Part shown: positions 51,846-64,000 of the stretch, in pieces
Layout: each line of letters begins with the position of its first letter
Position numbering within the stretch: position 1 is the first letter of the stretch
Assembly: GCF_006345805.1 (NCBI RefSeq)
Contig: NC_043000.1
Coordinates: 59,892,001 to 59,956,000 of the forward strand
Length of the DNA: 64,000 nt
Source of the DNA: Octopus sinensis
Lineage: Eukaryota
Reading direction: 5' to 3'
The notes under the pieces: model-generated
Database searches by the model: none
What the model saw: only the letters and a program-made list of their open reading frames with translations
What the model was told of the DNA's origin: nothing
Made by a program: the position numbers and the translations under genes

Positions 51846-54800
51846 TAGAAACAATTATAGTATCCAAGACTACACAAGTTCTTTCTTGGACAGCCGAGCA
51901 TGATTTGAGGTAGATCTGACCACAATTTCTAGCAAATTGAAGAATGACACAGAGTTAATAAAAGCTGAAACTTTTGGAGATTTACTTTCTAACTGTGTTT
52001 CAGTAGGGATCATGGCTTTGAAGAGATCTCCAAAAGTTACACTACTGGGCTGATTATCATACTCTTTCTTTAAATGAAAAAGGAACAAAAGAAGCCATTT
52101 GAGATTCTTTTAGAGAAGACAAGAAATAGATACTTTTTAATTATGATAAACATAAATTAGTAATCTTGTGCAAGCATATTTCTTGTTTCTAAAATCAAAA
52201 CTCAATGCTGTCATATTTTAAAGGACCAATGATGTTGGTACTCATATTTTTACACCTCACATGTAAACAAATTATTTCTAAGGAAACTGGAATTTCTTAG
52301 TTACTTAAAAGTTACTAAATTAATCTAACTTCCTCTACCTTCCATAGATATAAAACATATGTTGGCAAGGGATGTTCTATAGGAAGTTTCAAGAAGAAAA
52401 TAATATAATGAACTGAAAGTAATTTTATTTTGTTTTTGATTTTGTTTCTGCATGTTTATTTATTATGTCTTTCTTTTTTGTTTAAGTTTGTTTTTGTTTA
52501 AATTAGTATTTGTATATAAAAGATACATTTTCCCTCCCTAAACCAACATAATCCAAGATAAGATTCAGAAAAGGCCTAGAACAGTCAGGCCTTCATTCAC
52601 TAAAGCAAACAGCTATTTTCCTCCATCCTGCCAAATAACTTTCTACTTCTAAACAACTACAATTTATGTTGTGTCTTGGGAGGATCATTATATCAATAAT
52701 GAAATCTAACTAATTAATTGTTTGTTTGTTTAACGTGCTGGTTAAACAATCAATCGGTCGTTTGTCAGCCAAGGTTCTTTCATCGCTGTCCACAACATTT
52801 TCAATGACTTAGTGACGTCCTCTCTCAGTCCAGCACATTAAACAAACAATTGATTAGTTAACTGGTTAGATATTTAACCAACTGACTACCAATAAAGAAA
52901 TGATATTGAAACAGTGTGTGTATTATTATTGGTGTAACAATTCTCCCAAGATGCAACAAAATTTGCTTCAACACATGAATGCACATTAAGAATCTTACAA
53001 ATACAAAAACTACAATTCTTAAAACTGACTAACCCTATACACTTGCTCTCAGGTTAATACAAGTTTGCATATGTTTAGGAGTATAAAGCTAAACCAGATA
53101 GTAAAACATTTAGCTTTAGATCAGCAAGGTTCACTGACAACATTATCTTCATATAGTGATATGACATTTATATGGTAAATTTATAGATTTATAGCCTCAT
53201 CATGATCATAATCATATATAAAGCTAATTAACATCTGTCTCTGATCAAATAAAACATTAAAAACAGTGACAGGAGTGAACAAGTTCCACTCCCAGTATAA
53301 TTATAAGATCTAACTGAATATTTAAAATAAAGGTCAGTCATGCATTTATTTATTTATTTATTATTTTGCTTTATAAAAAATAAAAACTATATCTAAATTT
53401 TCATTTATGTATAAAACAGTTTCCCTTCTTTATATGAGAACATGCACTTGTCATAGTCCAATATAAGTTGAATATTTCAACTATTACTGAAAAAAAATTT
53501 TTTTTTAATGACTACACAAATATATTTTCTTTTGTATTAAATACCAAGCCTTAACATGAGAGTTCAACCAACTGGGTGTATAATAGATGTATGTAAAATT
53601 TTACATGTTAATTATCTGCATCTCTAGTCTACAAAAAAAAAAAAAGACTTCCTCTTTAGTCTATTCAAGATGCTTACTACATTTAAAGTGGATAAAATAA
53701 AATGAATTTGAACTGTATTAAGTTAGATACAATGGCTAAGGATTTTCTAAATGTTCAATGTCCATGCTATCCTCATCTGAATCTTTTTGATTTATACCTC
53801 TATAATTATTACTTATTACTTTACAGTATCTCCTCTTATCTATTAGGTATCGAAATCTTTTACTAAACATAGTATAATCCTTCTTGCTCTGAACTTTAGC
53901 CCTTTAGCATTCATACTCTGTCAAATGTAATGCTTATTTATTCACATTGTTTTTAATTAATCACACATTGTCTAACAGCTTTGAGGTTTCTATGATAAAT
54001 TGTATAGTTTTAGAATGACATTGTTGGGTAGGTGTGAGAGGCCAAATCTGGCCAGTTTGAACATAAAACAAGTAAACTGTTTTGGCTGGATATGGATAGG
54101 GCTAATCCATTTCTTCTTTAACTATTAACCTGTAACAATTCAAACTGAACAATAACCACAATAACATCCACTCATGAATCAATGAGTGTGCCAGAATGCA
54201 GTTCTCACCTTGGTAGAAATAGCAGCCAAATCTCCCTAAAAATTACACCCTACTGATTTAAAAGTGAAGGATACATTGGACAATGTAGTCTTAGGTATAC
54301 AAAAAGATCACTCATTTCATCCTTTGTTCTTTTGTGAAAAGGGTCAATAAAAACTCAAGGGCATGTCACCTCTACTTCGAACAAATATAAGAAAACTAAT
54401 TATTTTATTCTTTCACTTGTTTCAGTCATTTGACTGTGGCCATGCTGGAGCACCACCTCAAGAAATTTTAGGTGAACTAATCAATCCCGGTACTTATTTT
54501 ATTGGTCTCTTTTGCTGAACCACTAGGTAACAGGGACATAAACACACCAACACCAGTTGTCAAGCTGTGGTAGGGGTCAAACACACACACACACAACTCA
54601 TGGGCTTCTTTCAGTTTCCGCCTACCAGATCCACTCACAAGGCTTTGGTTGGCCCAAGGCTATAGTAGAAGATACTTGCCCAAGGTGTCACACAGTGACC
54701 ATGTGGTTGGAAAACAAACTTCTTACCACACAGCCATGCCTGCACTTAAAATATTCATTTTTATTCAATCAGGGCATTATATTTAGGCATTTAGTGTAGG

Positions 54801-56047
54801 CTGACCCTAGCTTATTGAAACTATCCATAGTTATATCATGGAAAACCGTTTCTATAAACACTTGTTTCATATTGCTGCCAAGTGTATATTAATTCCTTTC
54901 AGTCCATCTGTTAACTCTAATTTGACATTTTAGGGTAAATACAGTACATCCTAGGTTTGTTAGTGATTTTTGTATGTTTTTTTTTTGTTGTTGTTGTTGT
55001 TTTATCCAGTAGAAATATGAAACATATTTTGCAAATGGAGTGTTAACATTTCTAACCAATTTAAGCTACATTGTTACTCAACCCGCTAAAAATAGCATTC
55101 AAATTACTCACAAATCACAACCTACTTTCTGATAGAAGGGTAAACACACTCATTAAGGAATGTAGGTAACTCCTAGATTAGATGATTATTGATGCAAGGC
55201 TATACAAAAAATACTAATTGTAAAATTTAGGAAAATTCTTCGAAGAATTATGACAACTGGCTAAAGATGTTCTACACAATAAAATTAACTTATGATGTTA
55301 CCTGATAAATGGTCATGCTATATCATATTTCAAAGGGATAAACAAATAAGCATAAATTTATACAATCATTGATGAATTTGTTAACATTTTCACATCATTT
55401 TTTAAAAAAATCAACACCTCCAGAAATTAACCAGTTTTCCTTGTAAAAACAACTGTTTCTCTTGACAAAGAGAATGATAGAGCTATGGATTCTGGAACAA
55501 AATCTACATAATACATTATGAATCAATGAGCTAAACAATATGAATCAATAAACAAGGAATGGATGAATAAGATGAGAAGTTTAAAATGATAACTAGAATA
55601 ATCAAGAAGAAAAAGTGATTGCCAATAAAAATCAATGTTAGCACAATACTATATGAGAAAGAAGAAACATGATGAGAGAAACAACTTTCATGAAAAGAAG
55701 CATAAATTATCGTTTAAATGAATTAATGATGTAATTTGTGAACAGGAGTAAGACCATAAATGAATACAGTAAAGTGTTAGTGTGTGTAAGAGAGAGAAAG
55801 TGGTAGGGTGTATGCATAATTGTTGTGGATGGAACTTGTTGCTTAACCCCAGATCAGTCATGATCAAAAAGAACTATAATCAAAGCCATTCTACCCAGTC
55901 CATCGCTTTAGATATCTGGAACTACATTATCCAAAATGTCATTCTTTTTTAAGATTATATGACAGCTGTTTCTAACATGTCAACAAGAGACCATATAGAG
56001 CAAGGGTTCCCAACCGGTTTTGGTATTATTGTCCATCTTTAGATTAA

Positions 56048-56269
56048 CCCCTTCTTTACCATATTTCTGTTGAGATACTCAGTGTTTCTTTCAATTAATT
56101 TTAAATATAACAAAGAATTTAGTAAAACAATGTCATCATCATTAAGCTAGTGTTAGGAACATAAATTGTGACTAAGGTTTGATGGAAGATTTTAATTCAG
56201 AACTTTTGAAAACAAGACATTTGTATTATAGAGCCAGAGGCGGTTTCAGGCAGGTTGGTATCAAAAGGG
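56048..56269. mobile_element. Second piggyBac-type MITE family
   Basis: TTAA(56044-56047)-CCC...GGG-TTAA(56270-56273). It appears to be inserted just inside a hAT-like end (CAAGGGTTCCCAACC at about 56001). Confidence 0.7.
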
Positions 56270-59200
56270 TTAAACATTTTTCCAGTATCCACCTGTATTC
56301 AAAAGGATACTGAAAAATAAACTCTCACAAAACAATAAAGATATTCTTTTGGTGCTGATACATTAATTGTGCTATTGCATACACATATTTTTTTTTTATT
56401 CTCAGGACAAATATCTGAAATGTTGGATTTTTCAGTCCTCACAGCAAACTATAACTATTGTACTTCCTTTTATACATTCAATAGTAAACATATTTTGAAT
56501 ACATGCACAACATGTCTATATCTTAAATTAATATGGTGGCATATGGCAACCATATATGCACCAACCAGCTGGATTGTTAGCCAGACAACCATCTCACCTA
56601 ATTAAAAATTAACTGCTGAACATTTTATCTAACCTAAAGAACCAACCCAAGATGTAAGCTTTGTGTGTATGTATATATTATATGGGTTTCACATATATGA
56701 AAGCATAAATATGTAAATATGTGTGTGTGTGAGTGTAATGATAGATATACACACATATATATGAACAATGAATCAATGAGAGAGTCCTTATGTGGTCATT
56801 TAATTTGCTAGAAATATCAGCTAAATTTCCATTACAAGTGTGTTGGGAAAGCGAGGACACATTAGATGATGCAATTCCCTACCCTGGAGGTGGGAAAAGC
56901 AGCATTGTTACAACTAGAAAATCTTTGATTGTAGGTCTGTTTAATCAAGGTTGACCTGGAGATAATAAAAAATACATGATAAACCAAGAGACCTTAACAT
57001 CACTAGTTTATAGTTTGAAACTTGGGTGCTGTAGTAAATAGTTTACAATATTATTTTCTTGGGTAGCTATAATCTAATATTATTGATGTTGTACAGAAAT
57101 GGGATGGACAAATTGGTAGAGCATCAAACAAAATGCCTTTTGATATTTAATTAAATTCCTTTATGTTTTGAGTCCAAATCCTGCCAATTTTCACTTTGCC
57201 TTTTATCCTTTTATGCTTGATAAATTATCCAGATTAAATGGAAGTCAATCTAATTTATGTTTGGGCAGAGGTGGCATGGCTCTGGGTTTAAGTTTGTATC
57301 ACAAACATGGTTACTTAGTCTGTAATGTTTTTTCTTGGGTAGCTAACATCTGATATTATTGATGTTAACTCATGATGCTGTACAGAAATAAGATGGCTGA
57401 ATTGGTAGCACATCAGACAAAATGGATTTCAATATTTCAGTACCAAATGTAGTAATGGGTTCAATTAATTCCACTGTTTGGATTTTGAGCAAGTGCTTTC
57501 TACCATAACCTTGGGTTGACCAAAGCATTGCAAACAAAATTTTTGTAGGTGGAAACTGTAGAATCTCATCAGAGGGACTATTCTTGCTCTTGGATGGCAG
57601 CCTTAATCTGTCATCCAGTTTAACATCACCACTTGGGCCTTGGGTGCCTTAAACAAAGTTCACTCTGGTGTAAGCATTTAGACCAGTTCAAAATTCTGAG
57701 GATAACTTTCACTCACCAATCTTAGTGGTCCTTGATTATTTTTAAGGGCCACTGAGTCATGTATACAGCCCTTCCATTTTCAAGTAAGTAAAAAAAAAAC
57801 ATTACTACATAGTAAGATACCATGAAACAAGTCAGCAGTCTCATATTAATTGTTGGTACCTTTGAGAACAGTATGAACATCACACAACTCACATCCATTT
57901 GCATGTAAGAGAAATTTTCATTGTATTATAGTTAACTAGCAGTTCTGAGTTCAAGTCTTGCTAGAAATTACTGTCATTTATTTTTCAGAGGATTGTTAAA
58001 ATAATTACTCATGATACAAACAGAACTAAATACCTCCCCTAATAATTCACAGTCTTGAGCTTATAGTAAAACTTCATTATTCAGTAATGTTAATAATAAT
58101 GGTAGTGAAGTAGTGTTAGTAGTAATAATAGTTATTGTTTAGTTTCAGATCATGTAAATATATGGTCGAAGAATACCAGTAATGGTCATATTGTTTGTTT
58201 ATTTTTGATACTTCTTTCCAGGCATATATCAAATCTCTTCTTTATAATTTAAGACGGTATGGTGGGTTTGTTTTTTTTTAAAGAAATTCAGTATGTGTTG
58301 CAGGCTGAGAGATCCCACCTCCCAAATTGGCCAGCAGCATCTTGAAAATACAAACAAAGAAAGAACAAAAAAAAAAGTGATCAAAGCCAGTATTTTCTGT
58401 AACTTTAACATTCTTTCTTGCAACGTTATTTTATACACATTACACACACACAAACCTAATTTATATTAAGAATGAAAATTGTTGCAAAGAATGACGAAAA
58501 TGAGAGCAAAATGGGATAAAGATAAACAGAATAATCAAACTAAAATGATCCCTTTAGATAAGTAGGTTCTTCCCTTCTAGATATTCTATGCCAATTACTT
58601 GTTGGTAACCATGGGTAAAAAACAAATAGCTGGATTGATTAGAATCTTCCACCCCTTTAATTTATACTGCTTTAAGGCCTAATAACTAAATGCTTTGGAC
58701 ACCAATCCCCATTTTGTAAATGAGGATTTTATGAGAACATAGAATAAATGCCTTAACAGAACCCCAACATTGAATTTAGTTGCATTTTATTTCAGGCCTG
58801 GATGTTTATAGATAAGAATTATATACACACTACCCCACCATTCCATTTCTATGTATGTAGTTAATATAAAAATGTCAGAGAAACAGCATTTTATCACTTG
58901 GATGCTCACAATAAATAAGGTATACAATGCTTACGTGTGTGTAGGTGTGTGCATGTATGTATATTTATATATACATACACAAACTTGTATGTATGTGTGT
59001 GTAAAGGTGCATTAGCCAGTGGTTAGGGAGTTGGGCTCACAACCATAAAGTTCTATGTTCAATTCCTGGATTGGGTGGTGCTTTGTATCCTTGAGCAAGG
59101 CATTTATTTCCACATTGCTGAAAAGTCTTCTTGAGGCAATATTCTACCTACAGCCTAATACCGTTTGTTACACAAACCTTCACTTGTTTTCAAGAGAAGT

Positions 59201-61399
59201 ACTTTATTCAAATGAACTTCACATGTTAAACTGGCTTGCAGAACATTTTTTTAACCCTCTAGTGTTTAATCTAGCCACATCTGGCCCAAATATTCTACAT
59301 GTTTTATATTTGAACTAGCCATATCTAGCCTCTCACACCTAACCTACATTGACATTCTAAAAATAAATATTCACATCATTGAGATTTCAAAGCCATGAGA
59401 AAATGTATGATAGATTCAAAACAATTTGAGTGAAAAGGCATTACATTTAACAGAGTAATCTGAACATTAAAGGGTTAAGGGAGATATAAACAAGTAACAC
59501 TGCCGCAGTTATCCAATGCAGTGTCAATGCAAAAATATGAAGAAAAATATATTGTTATATTAAAACCAGTGACATTTCAAAAAGTGTAACCTAGCAATTC
59601 AATGAAATAGATGGACCTTGGGTTAAACAACAATCACAATCTATCTTCTTATGTATATTCTACTTCTGTAGATTGGAGTCTTGTTTCTTGTAGAATAGTC
59701 TTCAAATTTGGAGATTTGACATAGAGGCAAGAACATAAGGGTCTTATGTTTCATTCTTTAGCTTTACATCTTGTGAGGTTCAATAAAATAAGGTCTTGTG
59801 ACTCATACATTAAAAAATTTTGACAGCAATTAGGGGCTCAAACTATATATTCATTAGCATGCAAAAAGATGTCACACATTGATGTGTGTGTATTTATGTC
59901 TGTATGTATTTCAGAAAGAATGATGGACAGTAATAAAAGTGTCACAGACATTCTTCCAAATGACAGTGAAATACAGTGACAATGATCAGACCACAGAAGT
60001 ATGGCAAAACTTTTTGGCACTTCACTGTAGACTACTGTTAAGAAACAAATAAACAGTTTGTGTGCCTTCTTAAATTGCTGGAACAACTCTTCCACAATGT
60101 CATTTCTTTCTCTCTCTCTCTCTCTGGTGTGGTAGGTAGTGGGTTACAAGATCATTAGAATGACTCACAAAATGCTGTGTGGGGAAGAAAAAAAAACGCT
60201 AGACCCGTAGAGATATATTTCATATCTAATTCATTCAAAACAAAAAATTAAAGAAATGACTTTCGTTTATATTTGTTTTCAATTTTATCACAGTATTCAT
60301 ATAATTTTTAGAACTATAAGATATAAGTAAACCAAACATTGAACTGTTTGTTATCCAAGAACAGAGAACAGAACAAAATAAATTAAACATATTATAATGT
60401 AAAATTCAACCAATTTTTCTATTCTTCAACTGAGCAGATCTGACTCAATAACTGCACTGGTGGAAAAATCTGAATTTATATTCTTTTATTCTCATTTATT
60501 TAAAAAGGATTCAAAGTGTGCATTTACTAGAATGGTTATTTTTTTTATCTCTTTATGGTGATGATTATAAGACTGAGGGTTTAACTTATCATCTGATGGG
60601 TGAAGAAGCTAATCCAATATATGACAAAAGAAAAATATGTAGATAAGCAAATGAAAAATATTTTAGCATTCTATATAAAAGAGCAAAAGAACAAAATGGT
60701 GTATGCAGATAAGAGGAGGGAGGAGAGAGAGAAAGAGACAGACAGAGAGAAAGAGTAAGCAACTGAAATGATTAAATTGTTGGATGCCAATTCTAGCAGA
60801 ATGAAAGACTAAAAAAAAAAAAAAGAGAGAGAGAAAAGGCAGGGGTGGGGGGAATCTTTTGAGAAAATTTCAAAATTAAGAACAAAGATATTGGAATACA
60901 GATAATGAATGCTTGAGAAAATTGGTTTGTTGAAACACCAAGTGATCAAAGAATGTTTTATTATTTTTTCTCTTGTTTCATTTTATTATTATTATTTTTT
61001 ATAGAAATGATGTTTCAGAACAAAACAACAAAGGAAACCATAATATATATGTGAGAGCAATCGTTCAGAACCTTTAAAAGGAAGCCCATTTGTGAAATCA
61101 TTTCCTTCAGTAACATTAAATTCAATACAATAGTGAACACTGGAAACAAATATCTTAGAATGAAATATCTTATAAACTTTTCTAATTCCACTTTTTATAT
61201 TATTTTTATGCTCTTATTTTTAATTTATTTTATTTCTTCCATTAGGTTAGTTTTATTTTGAAATAATTGCAATCTGTAATTTTATCAGCTAGAATAAAGG
61301 GACCAGTTAATAGGGTATTATAAACTGATATGATCAATATTGTCCCATCTGTAACTAAAATAAAACCAGTTATACAAAAACTCTGTTCTGTTTACTACG

Positions 61400-62351
61400 C
61401 TTCATCATGTTTATAAGAGGACATCATCTTGTTGAGTGTTTCAACAAATATGAGCCATGGTATGCTACAGATTACCCCAAAGTTTAAAATGCATCAAGTT
61501 CAGTCTCTTTTATTCAACAGGATAGCAACTTATGTGATTTGATATATGGAACTTTCAACTGAGGAACCGCAAGCTCAGAAACCCTTCATCAGATACCTCT
61601 TTGAGGCCAGTAACTTTTGAAAATCTCCCACCCAGGGATGATAGCATTCACTTGGTGTTATTCTCAATATCACTATAAACACAGTCAGTCTTCATCATCA
61701 CCTCCAACCATTTCACCATCGATATCTGCCAGAATGAATCCTTCAAAATCATCATCATTTGAGTGACAATCAAACAAGATTTCAGCAGAATTCTGGTTTA
61801 AGCACTCCATATAATTCCTCATAAATTTTTGGTTTTGTGGAATTATTTGAAAATTTTAGCAAATTTGTGTTCTGCACACAAGAATTCATAAGATTACAAA
61901 AAGTATTTTTGTGTGTGATTTAAGGATGATTCAGCTGTTGTTTTTAGCATATCGTACAACTCCTTGATACTTTCTTCATTTCTTTGTCACTCTGACATGT
62001 ATTAATGTTTTTGAATATTTTTCTCCACATTTAATACAATGATGATGCATCCAAAGCTGGCCCATTGCTGGGATTTAAGCAAAAAATTCAAAGTGTCCAT
62101 ATGTTAATCTCTGATTTTAAAAAAATCAAAATTCAAAAAAGTTTTAGGATTTGGAGAGGAGGTTTAAAAAAAATTAAGAAAAAAAATTTTTTGTTTCTTT
62201 TCATAATCATGAGTTCTTGCATGCAGAACACAAATATTTTCTGAAAATTTCAAAAAATTTAAAATGTTATAAAGGGTTATATGGAGTGCTTAAACCAGAA
62301 TCCTACCAAGATTTCTTCCGGAAAAGCTTCATCAAATGCAGGAGTAGCCAT
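61400..62351 (-). pseudogene. piggyBac-like transposase 5' relic, split by an insertion
   Basis: ATG at 62351 in AAAATGGCT context. Removing 61785-62306 plus one TSD gives MATPAFDEAFPEEILFDCHSNDDDFEGFILADIDGEMVGGDDED, an acidic N-terminus. DFSKVTGLKEVSDEGFLSLRFL follows in another frame. Family assignment is by resemblance only. Confidence 0.45.
61785..62306. mobile_element. Non-autonomous Mutator-like (MULE) element, 522 bp
   Basis: Inverted arms of about 110 bp, with 25 bp perfectly complementary (ATTCTGGTTTAAGCACTCCATATAA / TTATATGGAGTGCTTAAACCAGAAT). G...C termini, flanked by CAAGATTTCA (61775-61784) and CAAGATTTCT (62307-62316). Confidence 0.7.
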
Positions 62352-64000
62352 TTTCGTCCAATAAAAAAAATCAAAACTCTTATGATAGATTTAAAAGCTT
62401 GTGTACCTCATGGTGAGTAAACAATGAAATGCCATTGGGAAATGAAAGTTTAGCCTCATTCTGAATTGAGAGCAGGCTGTTTTCCACTTCAAGTACCAGA
62501 AATAAACTTTGAGAAGTATTTATTTTAAGCACCCCTATTAATGTGATACAAGGCACCTGCAACTACAAGGAAGAAAATACATGGGCAACAAATTGTGACA
62601 ACAGTGATGATAAAGTTGATCATGCCTAGGTCAATATTACTTTTCATCTTTCAAAATCAATAAAATAGTCATGTACTGGAACCATTTTAATCATCTACCC
62701 TCCAACTTTGTATCTTTCAATTAATGTGAGATATCAATTATGCATTATTCCCATTTGTCTTATCAGCAAGTTCTACTTTACATGTTTATAGCAGGATTGG
62801 TTGCATGGCATTATGCATCTCCTCACTCAAAAATACCTTTCCATGAAGTGTTCTCCATTGATGAATAGCAAAAGCCAATAGCCACATTTGAATCTACCAG
62901 AATGTATTAAGACTGAATAAATATATTATTGTTAGGATTTCTGCTGTTCTGCATTCACTCCGTGAATTATTATCTAGTTGGTAGACATGAACACATATCA
63001 ACAAATAATTTGTTAGCTGATTCCTATAAACAACAGCTTATATTTTTGTCAGATCCAGCAAACCAGAGGAGTAGCTTAGACTAACAGATAATTTGTTAGC
63101 TGATTCCTATAAACAACAGCTCATACTCTTGGATTCATCAGAGCAGATGGATAACTTCAACTGAGGAGACACACAGGGTTGAAACACTATGGTGTCTCAA
63201 AGTTCCCTTACACTGGTGAATTGTACATGTTAGGAACACACAACATCTAAATAAAGGGAGGAGTTGTTCTCCATTACCAAAAGCAACAGCAAATAGATAT
63301 TCACATTTGAATCTTCCAGAATATATTTAAATGAGCTGATACATAATTCTGTGTGTGTCGGGTTGTTTGCAAACTCATAGAATACTAATAATCTTATCGA
63401 TGTTAAAGACAATAGCTGTCAGCAATGCCTGTGCTGAAATTTAAAGTCAATAACAGCTTGCACAACATGATTAAGACTCTAACCTACAGAGCATAGTAGT
63501 TCAGAAACTAGCATAGTAGCAGAAACTGGTTTTGCAATGAGGTAGGTGTTATTTCAGAATTTCCTTCTCTTACAGAGATTTTTAAACAAAGACGAGAGAC
63601 CGCTCACTCTCAGCTGCTGCATGGCCACTGACTCTACTGAGTTCAGGGTGTGCAATGAAAACCATCCTCTTTACCAAGCAGACTTGACAGACTAGGTGGT
63701 TTGCTCACCTACAGCCTGACCATGTAACAGGTTGTACGGGGTTACATATTACAAGTAGTACTAGAAGTAACCTGACATACTACACATACACACACACACA
63801 CAAGCATTTTATATATTACATGTGAAAAGACCAGTTTGATATGAAAATGGTATTGATTCAAAGTCACCTTGCATCTAGTTCAGAAACTACTTTGTTTCTA
63901 ACAAAAACACCTCAATGCATTTAGCTTTATCCAAGTATCAACAACTGTTCAATAATTACCATGTGATTTTACACAAATTAGATTGATATAAAATCAATTT

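Noticed and set aside
51870-51965. C-terminal half of the 72-aa ORF 51870-52088
   Set aside because: It matches the family-D motif TGATTTGAGG.AGAT.TG.C..C.ATTTCTAGCA.
57540-57580. CTGATGAG on the minus strand as a hammerhead core
   Set aside because: No downstream GAAA or closing stems.
63005-63121. Repeat-spacer-repeat as a CRISPR array
   Set aside because: Only two repeats, eukaryotic context, no cas genes.

Overview
AT-rich eukaryotic DNA (roughly one-third GC by eye), dominated by repeats. The SINE and LINE families and the microsatellite load match my recollection of Octopus genomes, so the organism call is an inference. There is no intact long ORF, tRNA, rRNA or CRISPR array, and most ORF-track entries are noise from microsatellites and repeats. 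Recognisable transposable elements are: a full-length defective DD34D mariner nested in a DD37D/maT-like relic, a rearranged Gypsy pol relic with polypurine tract and LTR start, RTE, R4/Dong, CR1 and I/Jockey-group LINE relics, piggyBac-type TTAA MITEs, and several modular tRNA-derived SINE families. A Mutator-like long-TIR element sits inside a piggyBac-like ORF start. One CpG-retaining island (about 17.6-18.9 kb) looks like a promoter, and scattered small exon candidates suggest host genes hidden in large introns, but I could not identify a host protein. I found no convincing new biological system. The best-supported novelties are nested insertions whose empty sites can be rebuilt in frame.
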